Assembly (NCBI GenBank): GCA_041489925.1
Contig: JBGPSD010000001.1
Span: 102,414 to 166,413 of the forward strand
Direction of reading: 5' to 3'
Length of the DNA: 64,000 nt
Origin: Candidatus Nanoarchaeia archaeon
GTDB taxonomy: Archaea > Nanobdellota > Nanobdellia > Woesearchaeales > ARS49
The notes below the pieces were generated by a model. It searched no databases and was not told the DNA's origin. It saw only the letters and a list, made by a program, of their open reading frames with translations. Positions within the stretch are counted from its first letter, which is position 1, and each line of letters starts with the position of its first letter. Of this stretch, positions 26,714-35,367 are shown piece after piece. The position numbers and the translations under genes were made by a program.

Positions 26714-27541
26714 ATGGTGTTGGAAAGGAATATTCTTGTTGCTTTTAACGGCCTCAAAGGGGCATATGCGGATGAAGTGGCTTCAAAGCTGTCGCCGAAG
26801 GCTGTTTCAGTCTGCTGCGAATCAATTGAAGATGTATTCCAACAAGTCGCAGACAGAAATGCAAAATATGGGGTCGTGCCCATAGAGAACTGCATTGCCG
26901 GCGCTGTAAAAGACAATCATGACCTTCTTTTCTATTACACTATCAACCACAGAATTAAAATCTGCAGGGAATTGCATTACAGAATAAATCACTGCCTGCT
27001 TGCAAACAAGAACGCCACTGTGAGGACTGTCAAGAGAGTGTATGCGCATCCGCAAGCGTTTGCGCAATGCATTGATTTCCTGGAGGCGCACAGTTACAAG
27101 CAAACACAGAGAAATGACAACGGAACAGCAGCTGCATTTGTACACTTGCGCGGCAGAAAAGACGAAGCGGCAATAGCAGGAAAAACAGCGGCGCAATTGT
27201 ACCGCCTCAATGTTCTTGAGGAAAATATTGCCAACCGCGAATACAACATGACACGGTTCCTGATAATCGGCAGGAGCAACAAACCGCCGAAAAACGGGAA
27301 AGTATCAGTTGCGTTCACGTGCCGCCATAAGCCAGGGGGGCTGCACGCCTGCATCAACGAGCTGAGAAGCATAAATATGACAATGATAGGGTCAAGACCC
27401 ACAGGGGAAAAACTTGGCGAATACCGGTTTTACATTGATTTGGAAGGCAATACACAAGACATTTATTGCGCGCTGAAAAAAATGAAGAAACATACTGCGA
27501 GTATGGCCTACCTCGGGGCTTACCGCACGCAGGCTTTATAA
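26714..27541 (+). CDS. pheA: prephenate dehydratase (PDT + ACT domains)
   Basis: GLKGAYADE, VVPIENCIAG, NMTRFLIIG, and a C-terminal ACT-like region (VSVAFTCRHKPGGLHACI...). Confidence 0.85.
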   Translation: MVLERNILVAFNGLKGAYADEVASKLSPKAVSVCCESIEDVFQQVADRNAKYGVVPIENCIAGAVKDNHDLLFYYTINHRIKICRELHYRINHCLLANKNATVRTVKRVYAHPQAFAQCIDFLEAHSYKQTQRNDNGTAAAFVHLRGRKDEAAIAGKTAAQLYRLNVLEENIANREYNMTRFLIIGRSNKPPKNGKVSVAFTCRHKPGGLHACINELRSINMTMIGSRPTGEKLGEYRFYIDLEGNTQDIYCALKKMKKHTASMAYLGAYRTQAL

Positions 27542-27564
27542 AACAACAATGATTTCTCAGAGGC

Positions 27565-27927
27565 ATGGCATACCAGCAAAGGTGCATTGTTTGCAAGAAG
27601 AACATGGTGCTGATTACTTATTACAAGCAGCGCCCTGTTTGTTTGGAATGCGAGATGAAGGACATAAGCGATGAGATTACAAACAAGAAATGGAAGAAAT
27701 TCTTTGACATTGACCCTGAATTGTACAAGAAAAGCTCTTTTCTTCGCAGCATAAAGAGAAATTATCTTCGCCAGGGCATGCTAACTGTAAAACAAAAGGA
27801 AATGTTCAAGAAAGTTGTGAAAGAAGGCGCGCAGGGATTCCCTAAAAAGAAGAAAAAGGAAACAAAATCAGATGAAAACAAAAATTCTAAAGCTCAACCA
27901 GAAGAAACCACAAGCAAATTTGATTAG
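27565..27927 (+). CDS. small basic protein with N-terminal zinc-ribbon
   Basis: C-x2-C ... C-x2-C (CIVCKK...CLEC), then a Lys-rich tail. Overlaps the sua5 start by 56 nt. Confidence 0.5.
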   Translation: MAYQQRCIVCKKNMVLITYYKQRPVCLECEMKDISDEITNKKWKKFFDIDPELYKKSSFLRSIKRNYLRQGMLTVKQKEMFKKVVKEGAQGFPKKKKKETKSDENKNSKAQPEETTSKFD

Positions 27928-28876
27928 AAAGGCAGCAGAGCTTCTCAAAAAAGGGCAGGTTGTTGCATTTCCGACAGAAACAGTGTACGGCTTAGGGGCT
28001 GACGCGTTCAATCCTTCTGCTGTCAAGAAGATTTTTTCAGCAAAAGGCAGGCCTGCTGATGATCCTTTGATTGTTCATGTTGCCTCGATAGCTGACGCTG
28101 AGAAGGCAGTGAAAGAAATCCCTGCTGTTGCGCGCAGGCTGATGAAAAAATACTGGCCAGGACCGCTAACGCTGGTGATGCCCAAGTCAAAGAAGGTGCC
28201 GGGGGTAGTTACTGCTGGCCTGCAGACAGTTGCAGTGCGAATGCCTGCGCATCCTGTTGCCCTTGCGCTGTGCAAAGCAGTTGGACCTATCGCAGCTCCG
28301 AGCGCAAACTCGTTTGGCAAACCATCGCCAACCAAAGCAGCACATGTCTTTGCTGATTTGAAAGGGAAAATACCATTGATTCTTGACTCAGGAAGCGCGC
28401 ACATCGGAGTTGAGTCAACAATTGTCTCTCTTGCAACAAAGCCTGCCAGGTTATTGCGCCCTGGAAAGATTACTGTTGAGGAATTGCGCAGGATTTTGCC
28501 TGTTGAGATGGTCACAAGCGTGAAAAAATCAGAAAGACCGCTTGCTCCCGGGATGAAATACCGCCATTATTCACCAAAGACTCCTGTTTTACTGGTCTTG
28601 AAACCGGCTGCAGGAAAAATAGAGAGGCTTGTTAAAAGCGAGCAGAAAAAAGGCAAACGAATCGGATTGCTTTGCCTCGGAAGGTATCACACAAGCGCTG
28701 AAAGAGTCATAATCGTCGGCAAAACACCAGAAGCAGCTGCAAAAAGATTGTTTGACGCTTTGCGATGGCTTGATTCTCAAAAGCTTGACCTGATAATCGC
28801 AGAAGGTTTGCCTGAAAAAGGGTTTGGAATGGCAGTGATGAACAGATTGAGAAGGGCTGCATCAAGAATTCTTTGA
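27872..28876 (+). CDS. sua5: L-threonylcarbamoyladenylate synthase (Sua5/YwlC: TsaC + Sua5 domains)
   Basis: The VVAFPTETVYGLGADA, KGRPADDPLIVHV and SANSFGKPSPT motifs, plus a C-terminal Sua5 domain. Confidence 0.9.
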   Translation: MKTKILKLNQKKPQANLIRKAAELLKKGQVVAFPTETVYGLGADAFNPSAVKKIFSAKGRPADDPLIVHVASIADAEKAVKEIPAVARRLMKKYWPGPLTLVMPKSKKVPGVVTAGLQTVAVRMPAHPVALALCKAVGPIAAPSANSFGKPSPTKAAHVFADLKGKIPLILDSGSAHIGVESTIVSLATKPARLLRPGKITVEELRRILPVEMVTSVKKSERPLAPGMKYRHYSPKTPVLLVLKPAAGKIERLVKSEQKKGKRIGLLCLGRYHTSAERVIIVGKTPEAAAKRLFDALRWLDSQKLDLIIAEGLPEKGFGMAVMNRLRRAASRIL

Positions 28877-28902
28877 GAAAGATTAACTGGCAGGTTTTAG
28901 GG

Positions 28903-30075
28903 CTAATTTTTTCTTGAAGGGTGCAGAACAAGAAATACTGCCAGTGCGACAAGCGCAATCAGTGCTGCAGCTGCAAAGGAATAGTTCGGGGATATTACCC
29001 ACAAACCGCCTGCAATCAGCGAGGCAGGCAGGTAAATTATTCCTGTGAGCACGTTGTAAACGCCTATTGCTGTTGCGCGCCTTGAAGGCGCAAGGTCAGA
29101 AATAAACGCTTTTGCCTGGGCTTCGTCAATCGCGTAGAAGATTCCGAAAACAACAAACAATCCAGCGACCTGAAGCTTTGTCTGCGCGAAAATAAATCCA
29201 ATGCACATCAGGAAATAAATGATATAGCTCAGCGCAATAATATTTTTCCTGCCTATTCTGTCGCCAAGCATGCCCACAAGCGGAGAGACGATTACAAAAG
29301 ACAAATTGAAAAGCGCATACAACAGCGGGATGTATGCCAGCGAAAACCCTGCAGAGTATGCCTTTAACAGCAGGAATCCAAAGCTGAAATAAGCAAGCGA
29401 GAAAATCCCTGCTGCGAAAAGATATTTTTTAAAACCCTTTCCAAGCATTGCAAATGAGGCAAATGGGCTTTCCCTGCGCATTGGCTTTGAAGGCTTGTCG
29501 CTGATAAATGCCAGCACAATAACTGAAAGAAGAGCAGGAATTATGGCAATGATAAACAGCAGGCGGAAAGAGCTCATGCTTTGCCCAAGCCAGTACAGCA
29601 ATGCAAACGCGATTAAAGGACCAAGCACAGCGCCTGCCTTGTCAAATGCCTTGTGCAGGCCGAATGCATAGCCCCTCCTGCTTGAGCGGGCAATTGACGC
29701 AATCCAGGCATCCCGCGGAGGACCCCTGAAGCTCTTGCCCAGGCGCTCAACAACACGAAAGGCAAACAAGGCGCTTACTGAGTTTGCAAACAAAAGAACA
29801 AGCTTGGCAAGAGTTGAAAAACCATAACCAAGCATTGTAAACGGCTTGCGCTTTCCTGACTTGTCAGAAAAATAGCCTGCGACATAGTCAAGCGAGCAGG
29901 AAGCAGTGTCAGCCAGGCCTTCAACAGTTCCAAGCAGGGCTGCAGACGCTCCAAGAATGACTGTGAAGAAAGTTGCAAATACAGAGAAAATCATTTCAGA
30001 GCTTACATCAGTGAGAAAGCTGACAATGCCGAGAAGGATAACATCCATCTCAACCCCAAACATCCTCTTTTTCAT
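28903..30075 (-). CDS. MFS transporter
   Basis: 390 aa, 12 predicted hydrophobic segments, MFS loop motif (GYFSDKSGKRKP; GDRIGRKN). Confidence 0.85.
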   Translation of the reverse strand: MKKRMFGVEMDVILLGIVSFLTDVSSEMIFSVFATFFTVILGASAALLGTVEGLADTASCSLDYVAGYFSDKSGKRKPFTMLGYGFSTLAKLVLLFANSVSALFAFRVVERLGKSFRGPPRDAWIASIARSSRRGYAFGLHKAFDKAGAVLGPLIAFALLYWLGQSMSSFRLLFIIAIIPALLSVIVLAFISDKPSKPMRRESPFASFAMLGKGFKKYLFAAGIFSLAYFSFGFLLLKAYSAGFSLAYIPLLYALFNLSFVIVSPLVGMLGDRIGRKNIIALSYIIYFLMCIGFIFAQTKLQVAGLFVVFGIFYAIDEAQAKAFISDLAPSRRATAIGVYNVLTGIIYLPASLIAGGLWVISPNYSFAAAALIALVALAVFLVLHPSRKN

Positions 30076-30096
30076 AATAAGCCCGTTTTAGTAATA

Positions 30097-30169
30097 AGCC
30101 CCCGGAGGGAGTTGCACCCTCGACCTCCTGCTTACAAGGCAGGTGCTATAGCTACTAAGCTACGGAGGC
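30097..30169 (-). tRNA. tRNA-Thr (TGT), non-canonical D and T loops
   Basis: Acceptor GCCTCCG/CGGGGGC (one G-U), anticodon arm CCTGC-CTTGTAA-GCAGG, discriminator U. The D-loop AGTAGCTA lacks the GG pair and the T-loop is TGCAACT (G at position 55). Confidence 0.7.
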
Positions 30170-30209
30170 GAATATGCAGGTAAACTAGAAGGACCTTATT
30201 TAAAGATTA

Positions 30210-30713
30210 TTATTGAAAACGTTCCAAATTGAGGAATGCCTTTACCTGGTCCTTGATCTGGATGGTGTCGTTCCTGACGCTTGTGATGAAGCCGCTGAGG
30301 AACGGCATGTAAACATACTTCTCAAACAGGGAGCGAAGGACGTAAAATGCAGGCTGGGTTTCCCACTTGTGCTCGTAGTCTGTCTCAAGCCAGGAATCAA
30401 AAGTCATTATGACCTTTCCCTTCTGCATCTTTTTCTTGTGGCCGTCCTTTGCCACCTCAACATCAGTAAGGTTGTGCGCTGTTGCGTGAATCCTGATAAC
30501 GCTCTTTGCGTAGTCAGAAAACTTTTTGAACGGCTCAAGCTCAAGCTCAACATGCTTGCCTGATTTTGTGACGCTTTCCTGTGCGCGCTTCTCAATCGGC
30601 ACATATCCCTTGTCGCCCATCCACCCATAAAGAAGCTTGTAGAGCTCCTTCAGGCTGAAAATTCCCTCATAAACCACCTGTTCGTGTTCAATAACCGGGC
30701 GCTTCTCAACCAT
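30210..30713 (-). CDS. unassigned family, tandem paralogue A (167 aa)
   Basis: Start trimmed to MVEKRPV, which overlaps the stop of paralogue B by 1 nt (TGATG). Shares a block pattern with B and C (see finding). Confidence 0.6.
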   Translation of the reverse strand: MVEKRPVIEHEQVVYEGIFSLKELYKLLYGWMGDKGYVPIEKRAQESVTKSGKHVELELEPFKKFSDYAKSVIRIHATAHNLTDVEVAKDGHKKKMQKGKVIMTFDSWLETDYEHKWETQPAFYVLRSLFEKYVYMPFLSGFITSVRNDTIQIKDQVKAFLNLERFQ

Positions 30714-31213
30714 CAGCTCACCTCTATTCCAAGCACGTCCTTGATTACCGCAAGCAGTTCTACCTGCTTCAGCATAAGGTCGTCCTCCCAAACGTCCTTG
30801 ATAGTCTGCCGTATAATATACTTTTGATAAATGTCATGCAACCACTGGACAAACTTATTACCCTTAAACCTCTTTGCGTAGTCAAACTGGAGCTCACCGC
30901 CAACTTCGGCATTGATATACCCCTCGTCAAGCTTGTGCTTCTCACCGTCCCTGATAACCTCAACTTCCTTAAGGTCACGAATCCACATGTGAACAGTAAT
31001 TACATACCTGACATATTCTGTTATGTCACGCTCTGTCTTTATCTCATACTCAGCCTCGTCGGCCTTGAGCTTGTATTTTGGCGCGTGAAACTTGTAACTG
31101 TTGTCATCAAACCATTTCTGGATAGAGCTGACAAGCAGCTTGTGGTTAAAAGTGCCCTTGTGCTTCAGATAAAGCGTCGGGGACGGGTCACTGGGGGCAG
31201 CATGCTCTACCAT
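30713..31213 (-). CDS. unassigned family, tandem paralogue B (166 aa)
   Basis: Alignable by eye with A and C: an N-terminal helix, the central DLKEVEVIRDGEKHKL block, and a C-terminal long helix. Confidence 0.6.
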   Translation of the reverse strand: MVEHAAPSDPSPTLYLKHKGTFNHKLLVSSIQKWFDDNSYKFHAPKYKLKADEAEYEIKTERDITEYVRYVITVHMWIRDLKEVEVIRDGEKHKLDEGYINAEVGGELQFDYAKRFKGNKFVQWLHDIYQKYIIRQTIKDVWEDDLMLKQVELLAVIKDVLGIEVS

Positions 31214-31285
31214 ATGCAGAGAAGTCCTTGGCTGCCTATTTAAATTTTATCTCGCCACAGGCTCAACTGCGCACAAACCAGCCAA

Positions 31286-31891
31286 TCAGCCTTCAGGAAT
31301 GCGCTTTGGCCAGAACTCAGGCAATTCCTTTGTCGGCAGGTATGTCTCAATGGTCAGGAATGTGTTGATTGCGTCGCGGAACTGCATTGCCTCGCGGTAC
31401 AGCTCCTTTTCAAGCATGTCAAACTGCTGTTTCCACATCCTGCCGTAAAGAAGCTTCTTCAAGTCCTTGAACGCGCTCTTTTCCATTATTTTGTCAGGGT
31501 CGCGGACAAGGTTTGCTGAGACATTGGCCTCTGCCTCGCCCTGCTGCGCCTTGTATTTCTTGCCTGAGATAATGACTTCAACATCCTTCAGTGTGAGGAT
31601 GTGCACGTCAATATTAAGGTCAAAGCGCCAGAGCTGGTTGTTAGCCAGCGGGAACTTTGTGGGGCGCCAGCGCCACCATATTTCCTTTCCTCCATGCGAA
31701 GGACCTTCCTTGTGCAGGTAATATTTTTCAGGAAACTTGTAATCATCCCTTGTTGCGTAGCCGTGCTCAATAAGCCACTCGTGCATAAGCAAATACAGGT
31801 TGTTCAGGTGGAAAACATCCTTCCTGTTGACAGTATAAGAGGTAACGGTCTTGTAATCTGTGCCGGTATACCTGTGCCTGATCAGCGCCAT
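31286..31891 (-). CDS. unassigned family, tandem paralogue C (201 aa)
   Basis: Start trimmed to MALIRHRY (31891), about 27 nt downstream of a TTTTAAA box. This removes the overlap with the divergent GTPase gene. Shares LKDVEVIISGKKYK and the other family blocks. Confidence 0.55.
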   Translation of the reverse strand: MALIRHRYTGTDYKTVTSYTVNRKDVFHLNNLYLLMHEWLIEHGYATRDDYKFPEKYYLHKEGPSHGGKEIWWRWRPTKFPLANNQLWRFDLNIDVHILTLKDVEVIISGKKYKAQQGEAEANVSANLVRDPDKIMEKSAFKDLKKLLYGRMWKQQFDMLEKELYREAMQFRDAINTFLTIETYLPTKELPEFWPKRIPEG

Positions 31892-31970
31892 TCGCCCAAA
31901 CAATTGGCAAACAGGTTTAAAAGGCTTTCTACACAAAAGTTTATAAGAGAACGCCTTGAAATAACCTGTT

Positions 31971-33161
31971 ATGCAAGTCGGAGTGGTGGGCAAGGCAAAC
32001 GTTGGAAAAAGCACTTTTTTCAAGGCGCTAACATTAGCTGAAGTGCTGATCGCAAACTATCCGTTCGCGACAATTGAGCCGAACAAGGGGTGTGCATTTG
32101 TCAGGGTGCCGTGCGCTGACAGGGACTTTGGAGTGCAGTGCAATCCGCGGTTTGGGCACTGCATGAATGGCACACGCTTTGTCCCTGTTGAGGTTATTGA
32201 CGTAGCAGGGCTTGTCCCTGGCGCGCACCTCGGAAAGGGAATGGGAAACCAGTTCCTTGACGACCTGAGGCAGGCGCACGCTCTTATTCACATTGTTGAC
32301 ATGGCAGGCTCGACAAACGAGAAAGGGGAGCCAATAGAGCCGGGCAAATATGACCCTGCATTTGACGTCAAATTCCTTGAGGTTGAGCTTGACTTCTGGT
32401 ACCTCTCGATTTTGAAGAAAGGCTGGGACAAGCTTTCAAGGAACCTCCAGCATGAGCACAAGGAAATCGCAAAAGCGCTCGCAACACAGCTCTGCGGCCT
32501 TGGCGTGACAGAGGCAATGGTTGTTGATGCGATAAAGCAATTGAAGCTCAGCGAAAACACAACCGCCTGGACAGAGGAACAAATGCTCCAGATGGCAACA
32601 ATACTCAGAAAGAAAACAAAGCCAATGCTCATTGTGGCAAACAAAATGGACATCCCCTGCGCAAAAGCAAACCTTGAAAGGGTGAGCAAGCAGTTCCCTG
32701 AATACATTTTCGTGCCCTGCTCTGCAGAAAGCGAGCTCGCACTGAAAGAAGCGTCCAGAAAAGGGCTTATTGAGTACCTGCCTGGCAGCAAGGAGTTCAA
32801 ACCGACAGGGCAATTGCAGCCTGCCCAGGAAAAAGCCCTGAATTTCATCAAGGCAAACGTCCTTGATGCGCTTGGCTCAACAGGAGTGCAGGACGCAATT
32901 GACACCGCAGTGTTCAAGCTTTTGAATTACATCGCGATTTTCCCTGGCGGAGTGAACAAGCTCTCTGACCAGTTTGGAAATGTCCTTCCTGACTGCTTCC
33001 TCCTGCCACCAGGAAGCACTGCGCTTGATTTTGCAGCAAAAATCCACACAGACCTGGCAAAGAACTTTGTCGCGGCTATTGACGTGAAGACAAAACGCAA
33101 GGTTGGAAGGGAGCACTTATTGAAACACCGCGATGTTGTGGAAATTATGACAAGCAAATGA
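31971..33161 (+). CDS. Obg-like GTPase/ATPase (YchF/DRG-type) with C-terminal TGS domain
   Basis: G1 GKANVGKST, G3 DVAGLV, NKMD, and a C-terminal TGS-like region (GSTALDFAAKIHTDLAKNF). A TTTATAAG box lies about 27 nt upstream. Confidence 0.8.
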   Translation: MQVGVVGKANVGKSTFFKALTLAEVLIANYPFATIEPNKGCAFVRVPCADRDFGVQCNPRFGHCMNGTRFVPVEVIDVAGLVPGAHLGKGMGNQFLDDLRQAHALIHIVDMAGSTNEKGEPIEPGKYDPAFDVKFLEVELDFWYLSILKKGWDKLSRNLQHEHKEIAKALATQLCGLGVTEAMVVDAIKQLKLSENTTAWTEEQMLQMATILRKKTKPMLIVANKMDIPCAKANLERVSKQFPEYIFVPCSAESELALKEASRKGLIEYLPGSKEFKPTGQLQPAQEKALNFIKANVLDALGSTGVQDAIDTAVFKLLNYIAIFPGGVNKLSDQFGNVLPDCFLLPPGSTALDFAAKIHTDLAKNFVAAIDVKTKRKVGREHLLKHRDVVEIMTSK

Positions 33162-33811
33162 ACAGCAAAGAAATAATCAGCAATATCAGGGACATCTTCA
33201 AGAAATTTCCTGTTCCGATAAACCTGCAGAGGCACCTTTTCAAGGTGACTGCTGTCGGCGAGGTGATTGCAGACCACTGGAAAGGCCCTGCGCTTGACAG
33301 GGATGAGCTTGTGGCATTCATGCTTCTCCACGACATTGGCAATCTTGTCAAGTATGATTTCAACCATAAGCTTTACGACGGCGATATTGGGTCTGACATT
33401 GAGGGATGGAAGAAAAAGCAAAAGGAAACAATCGCAAAATACGGCGAAGACGACCTGAAGGCAACGATTGCATTTGCAAAAGAGCTTAATGTTTCCAGCC
33501 GCATGATTGAGCTTTTGGAAGAAAGCCACTTCCACAGGCTCAGGCAAACGCTGGAGAGCAGCGACTGGGTGCTGAAAATCGGGAAATACTCGGATATGAG
33601 GGCTGCGCCGCAGGGAATTGTTTCCGTGAACAGGAGGTTTGATGACCTTGAGAAGCGCTACATCGGCAGGCAAATCGGATTAAGCCTGCCTGATTTTGAG
33701 GAACACAGGAAATTGGCGCTTGAGCTTGAGAAGCAAATCTTTGAAAACACAGACATAACCCCTGAACAGGTTGATGAAAAGGCAATACAGAAATACATTG
33801 ATTCTTACTGA
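33158..33811 (+). CDS. HD-domain phosphohydrolase
   Basis: The H ... HD ... D pattern (LLHDIGNLVKYD) is present. The start overlaps the GTPase stop (ATGA). There is no GYP motif. Confidence 0.7.
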   Translation: MNSKEIISNIRDIFKKFPVPINLQRHLFKVTAVGEVIADHWKGPALDRDELVAFMLLHDIGNLVKYDFNHKLYDGDIGSDIEGWKKKQKETIAKYGEDDLKATIAFAKELNVSSRMIELLEESHFHRLRQTLESSDWVLKIGKYSDMRAAPQGIVSVNRRFDDLEKRYIGRQIGLSLPDFEEHRKLALELEKQIFENTDITPEQVDEKAIQKYIDSY

Positions 33812-34794
33812 TTCACTTTTCCAAATCCGCCTGCCTGCTGGACATCTATAACACCGAGTGCCTTGTCAATTATCAGGAAAGTCCTTGTCTGGTTCTTCCC
33901 ATTGCGCTTTGCGACATACAATGCCTTGTCTGCCTCTTTCAGCAGGGTTTCAGGAGAGACAGAGGCATTAAGGCAGGTTGCAATTCCGATTGATATTGTT
34001 GTCGGAAACTTGTCCTGCACTGTCTCCCTAAGGCGCTCTGCGAAAGAATGCGCGTGGTCGTGCTGGGTTTCAGGCAGTATGATTGTAAATTCCTCGCCGC
34101 CATAGCGCGCAGGAATGTCAATAGCGCGGATGGATGCCCTAAGGAGCTCGCCAAGCTGCTGCAATAACTTGTCGCCTTCAACGTGCCCCTGGGTGTCATT
34201 GAGTTCCTTGAAGTTGTCAAAGTCAAACATAACCAGTGATATCGGCCGCTGGGAGCGGGCTGAGCGCGCAATTTCGTTCTTAAGCGACTCAAGGAAATAC
34301 GCCTTGTTGTAAAGCCCTGTCAATGCATCTGTCATTGCTGAATACTGCGCGTTCTGAAACCTCTGCGCCCTTGCCAAAGCGATTGAGAGCTTGTCAAGAA
34401 GAAGTGAAACAAACTCGGTTGTGTGGCTGACCTGGCCTGCGCCAAGGACAAGCGTTGCAGCATGCTTGCCCTGCACCCTCACAGGAAAGGCAGCCAGCTG
34501 GGCGCGAAGCTGGCTCGCGTCATTAACTTGCATTGTCAATACATCATTTCCCGCATTATTGACCAGCGTGAACGTGTTGTTGGCTGCAACGTGGTTGTGC
34601 AATACCTTGCTTACATCAAGGAATGGCTGGCTTGCAGGAACCTGGGAAACATTTGTGCCATTAACCCACAATGCGCAATGGTCAGGCCTGAAAATCCTGC
34701 TCACAAACTCAGCTGTCTGCTGCAAAAGCTGCTCAACAGTCGTGCCTGAGTTAAGGGAGTCAAGGAACTCAATCACAATGTCTTTCTGGTCCAT
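33805..34794 (-). CDS. GAF-GGDEF diguanylate-cyclase-type protein (intact GGEEF and RxxD I-site)
   Basis: An N-terminal ~150-aa GAF-like sensor, then DALTGLYNKAYF, FDFDNFKELNDTQGHVEGD, RAID-IPARY-GGEEF, SIGIA and ADKALYVAKRNGKN. All canonical GGDEF blocks are present. Confidence 0.88.
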   Translation of the reverse strand: MDQKDIVIEFLDSLNSGTTVEQLLQQTAEFVSRIFRPDHCALWVNGTNVSQVPASQPFLDVSKVLHNHVAANNTFTLVNNAGNDVLTMQVNDASQLRAQLAAFPVRVQGKHAATLVLGAGQVSHTTEFVSLLLDKLSIALARAQRFQNAQYSAMTDALTGLYNKAYFLESLKNEIARSARSQRPISLVMFDFDNFKELNDTQGHVEGDKLLQQLGELLRASIRAIDIPARYGGEEFTIILPETQHDHAHSFAERLRETVQDKFPTTISIGIATCLNASVSPETLLKEADKALYVAKRNGKNQTRTFLIIDKALGVIDVQQAGGFGKVNQ

Positions 34795-34877
34795 ACTGCA
34801 TTAGAAATAACCAGTGTATAAATGGATTATGGTGATAGAACTAATGAAATGAAAATAATAAAATAAAAATTTTCTTC

Positions 34878-35360
34878 TTATTGCACTGTGCAGCAGTAGA
34901 AGTCCTCGTAGCCTACTGGGATTCTTCCTTCACTGCCCACGTTGGGATCTACGCCAGACCTTATGCAGTTGCGCCCCAATGCATTGTTTGCAGTTACACG
35001 CGCCGAGTAAGGCGGGTATGGGCATGCGCTGTCAATAATTGGTCCTGTGCGCTTGTAGTCTGTGTCTAACGTCGGGACAGGAACAGGCGCTCCACCAGTG
35101 TCCTGTATGCGCTCAGGATAGATGTATCCTGCGCCAGCATAGACACGGCCGTCACTATATCTCACAAATCCCTGCGGGTCCTGGTATTGGTCCAGGCCAT
35201 GTGCTATTTCTCCGCCACCGTATACATTCGCCTCAGTGGATGATGCCAACAGGGTCGCATTACCTGCTGCTCCCTTAAAGAGAAGTACAAGTCCGACCAC
35301 TGCTATAACCGCAACAATCCCAAGAATTGCGAATGCAACTCCCTTATTTTCATCTGCCAT
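34878..35360 (-). CDS. N-terminally anchored/secreted Cys-motif protein (family member 1)
   Basis: Start set at MADENKG, with a strong SD AAGAGGTGA 7 nt upstream. KG|VAFAILGIVAVIAVVGLVLLF resembles a class III (pilin-type) or signal-anchor peptide. The C-terminus reads ...EDFYCCTVQ. A T-rich tract follows the stop. Confidence 0.6.
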   Translation of the reverse strand: MADENKGVAFAILGIVAVIAVVGLVLLFKGAAGNATLLASSTEANVYGGGEIAHGLDQYQDPQGFVRYSDGRVYAGAGYIYPERIQDTGGAPVPVPTLDTDYKRTGPIIDSACPYPPYSARVTANNALGRNCIRSGVDPNVGSEGRIPVGYEDFYCCTVQ

Positions 35361-35367
35361 AGTTAAT

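Noticed and set aside
30074-30103. AATAAGCCC occurs twice (30076-30084 and 30093-30101) at or after the tRNA-Thr 3' end, a possible att-type duplication like the one at tRNA-Pro.
   Set aside because: It is only 9 nt and the copies are 8 nt apart, well within chance for an A/T-rich context. No integrase or foreign-looking genes are adjacent.
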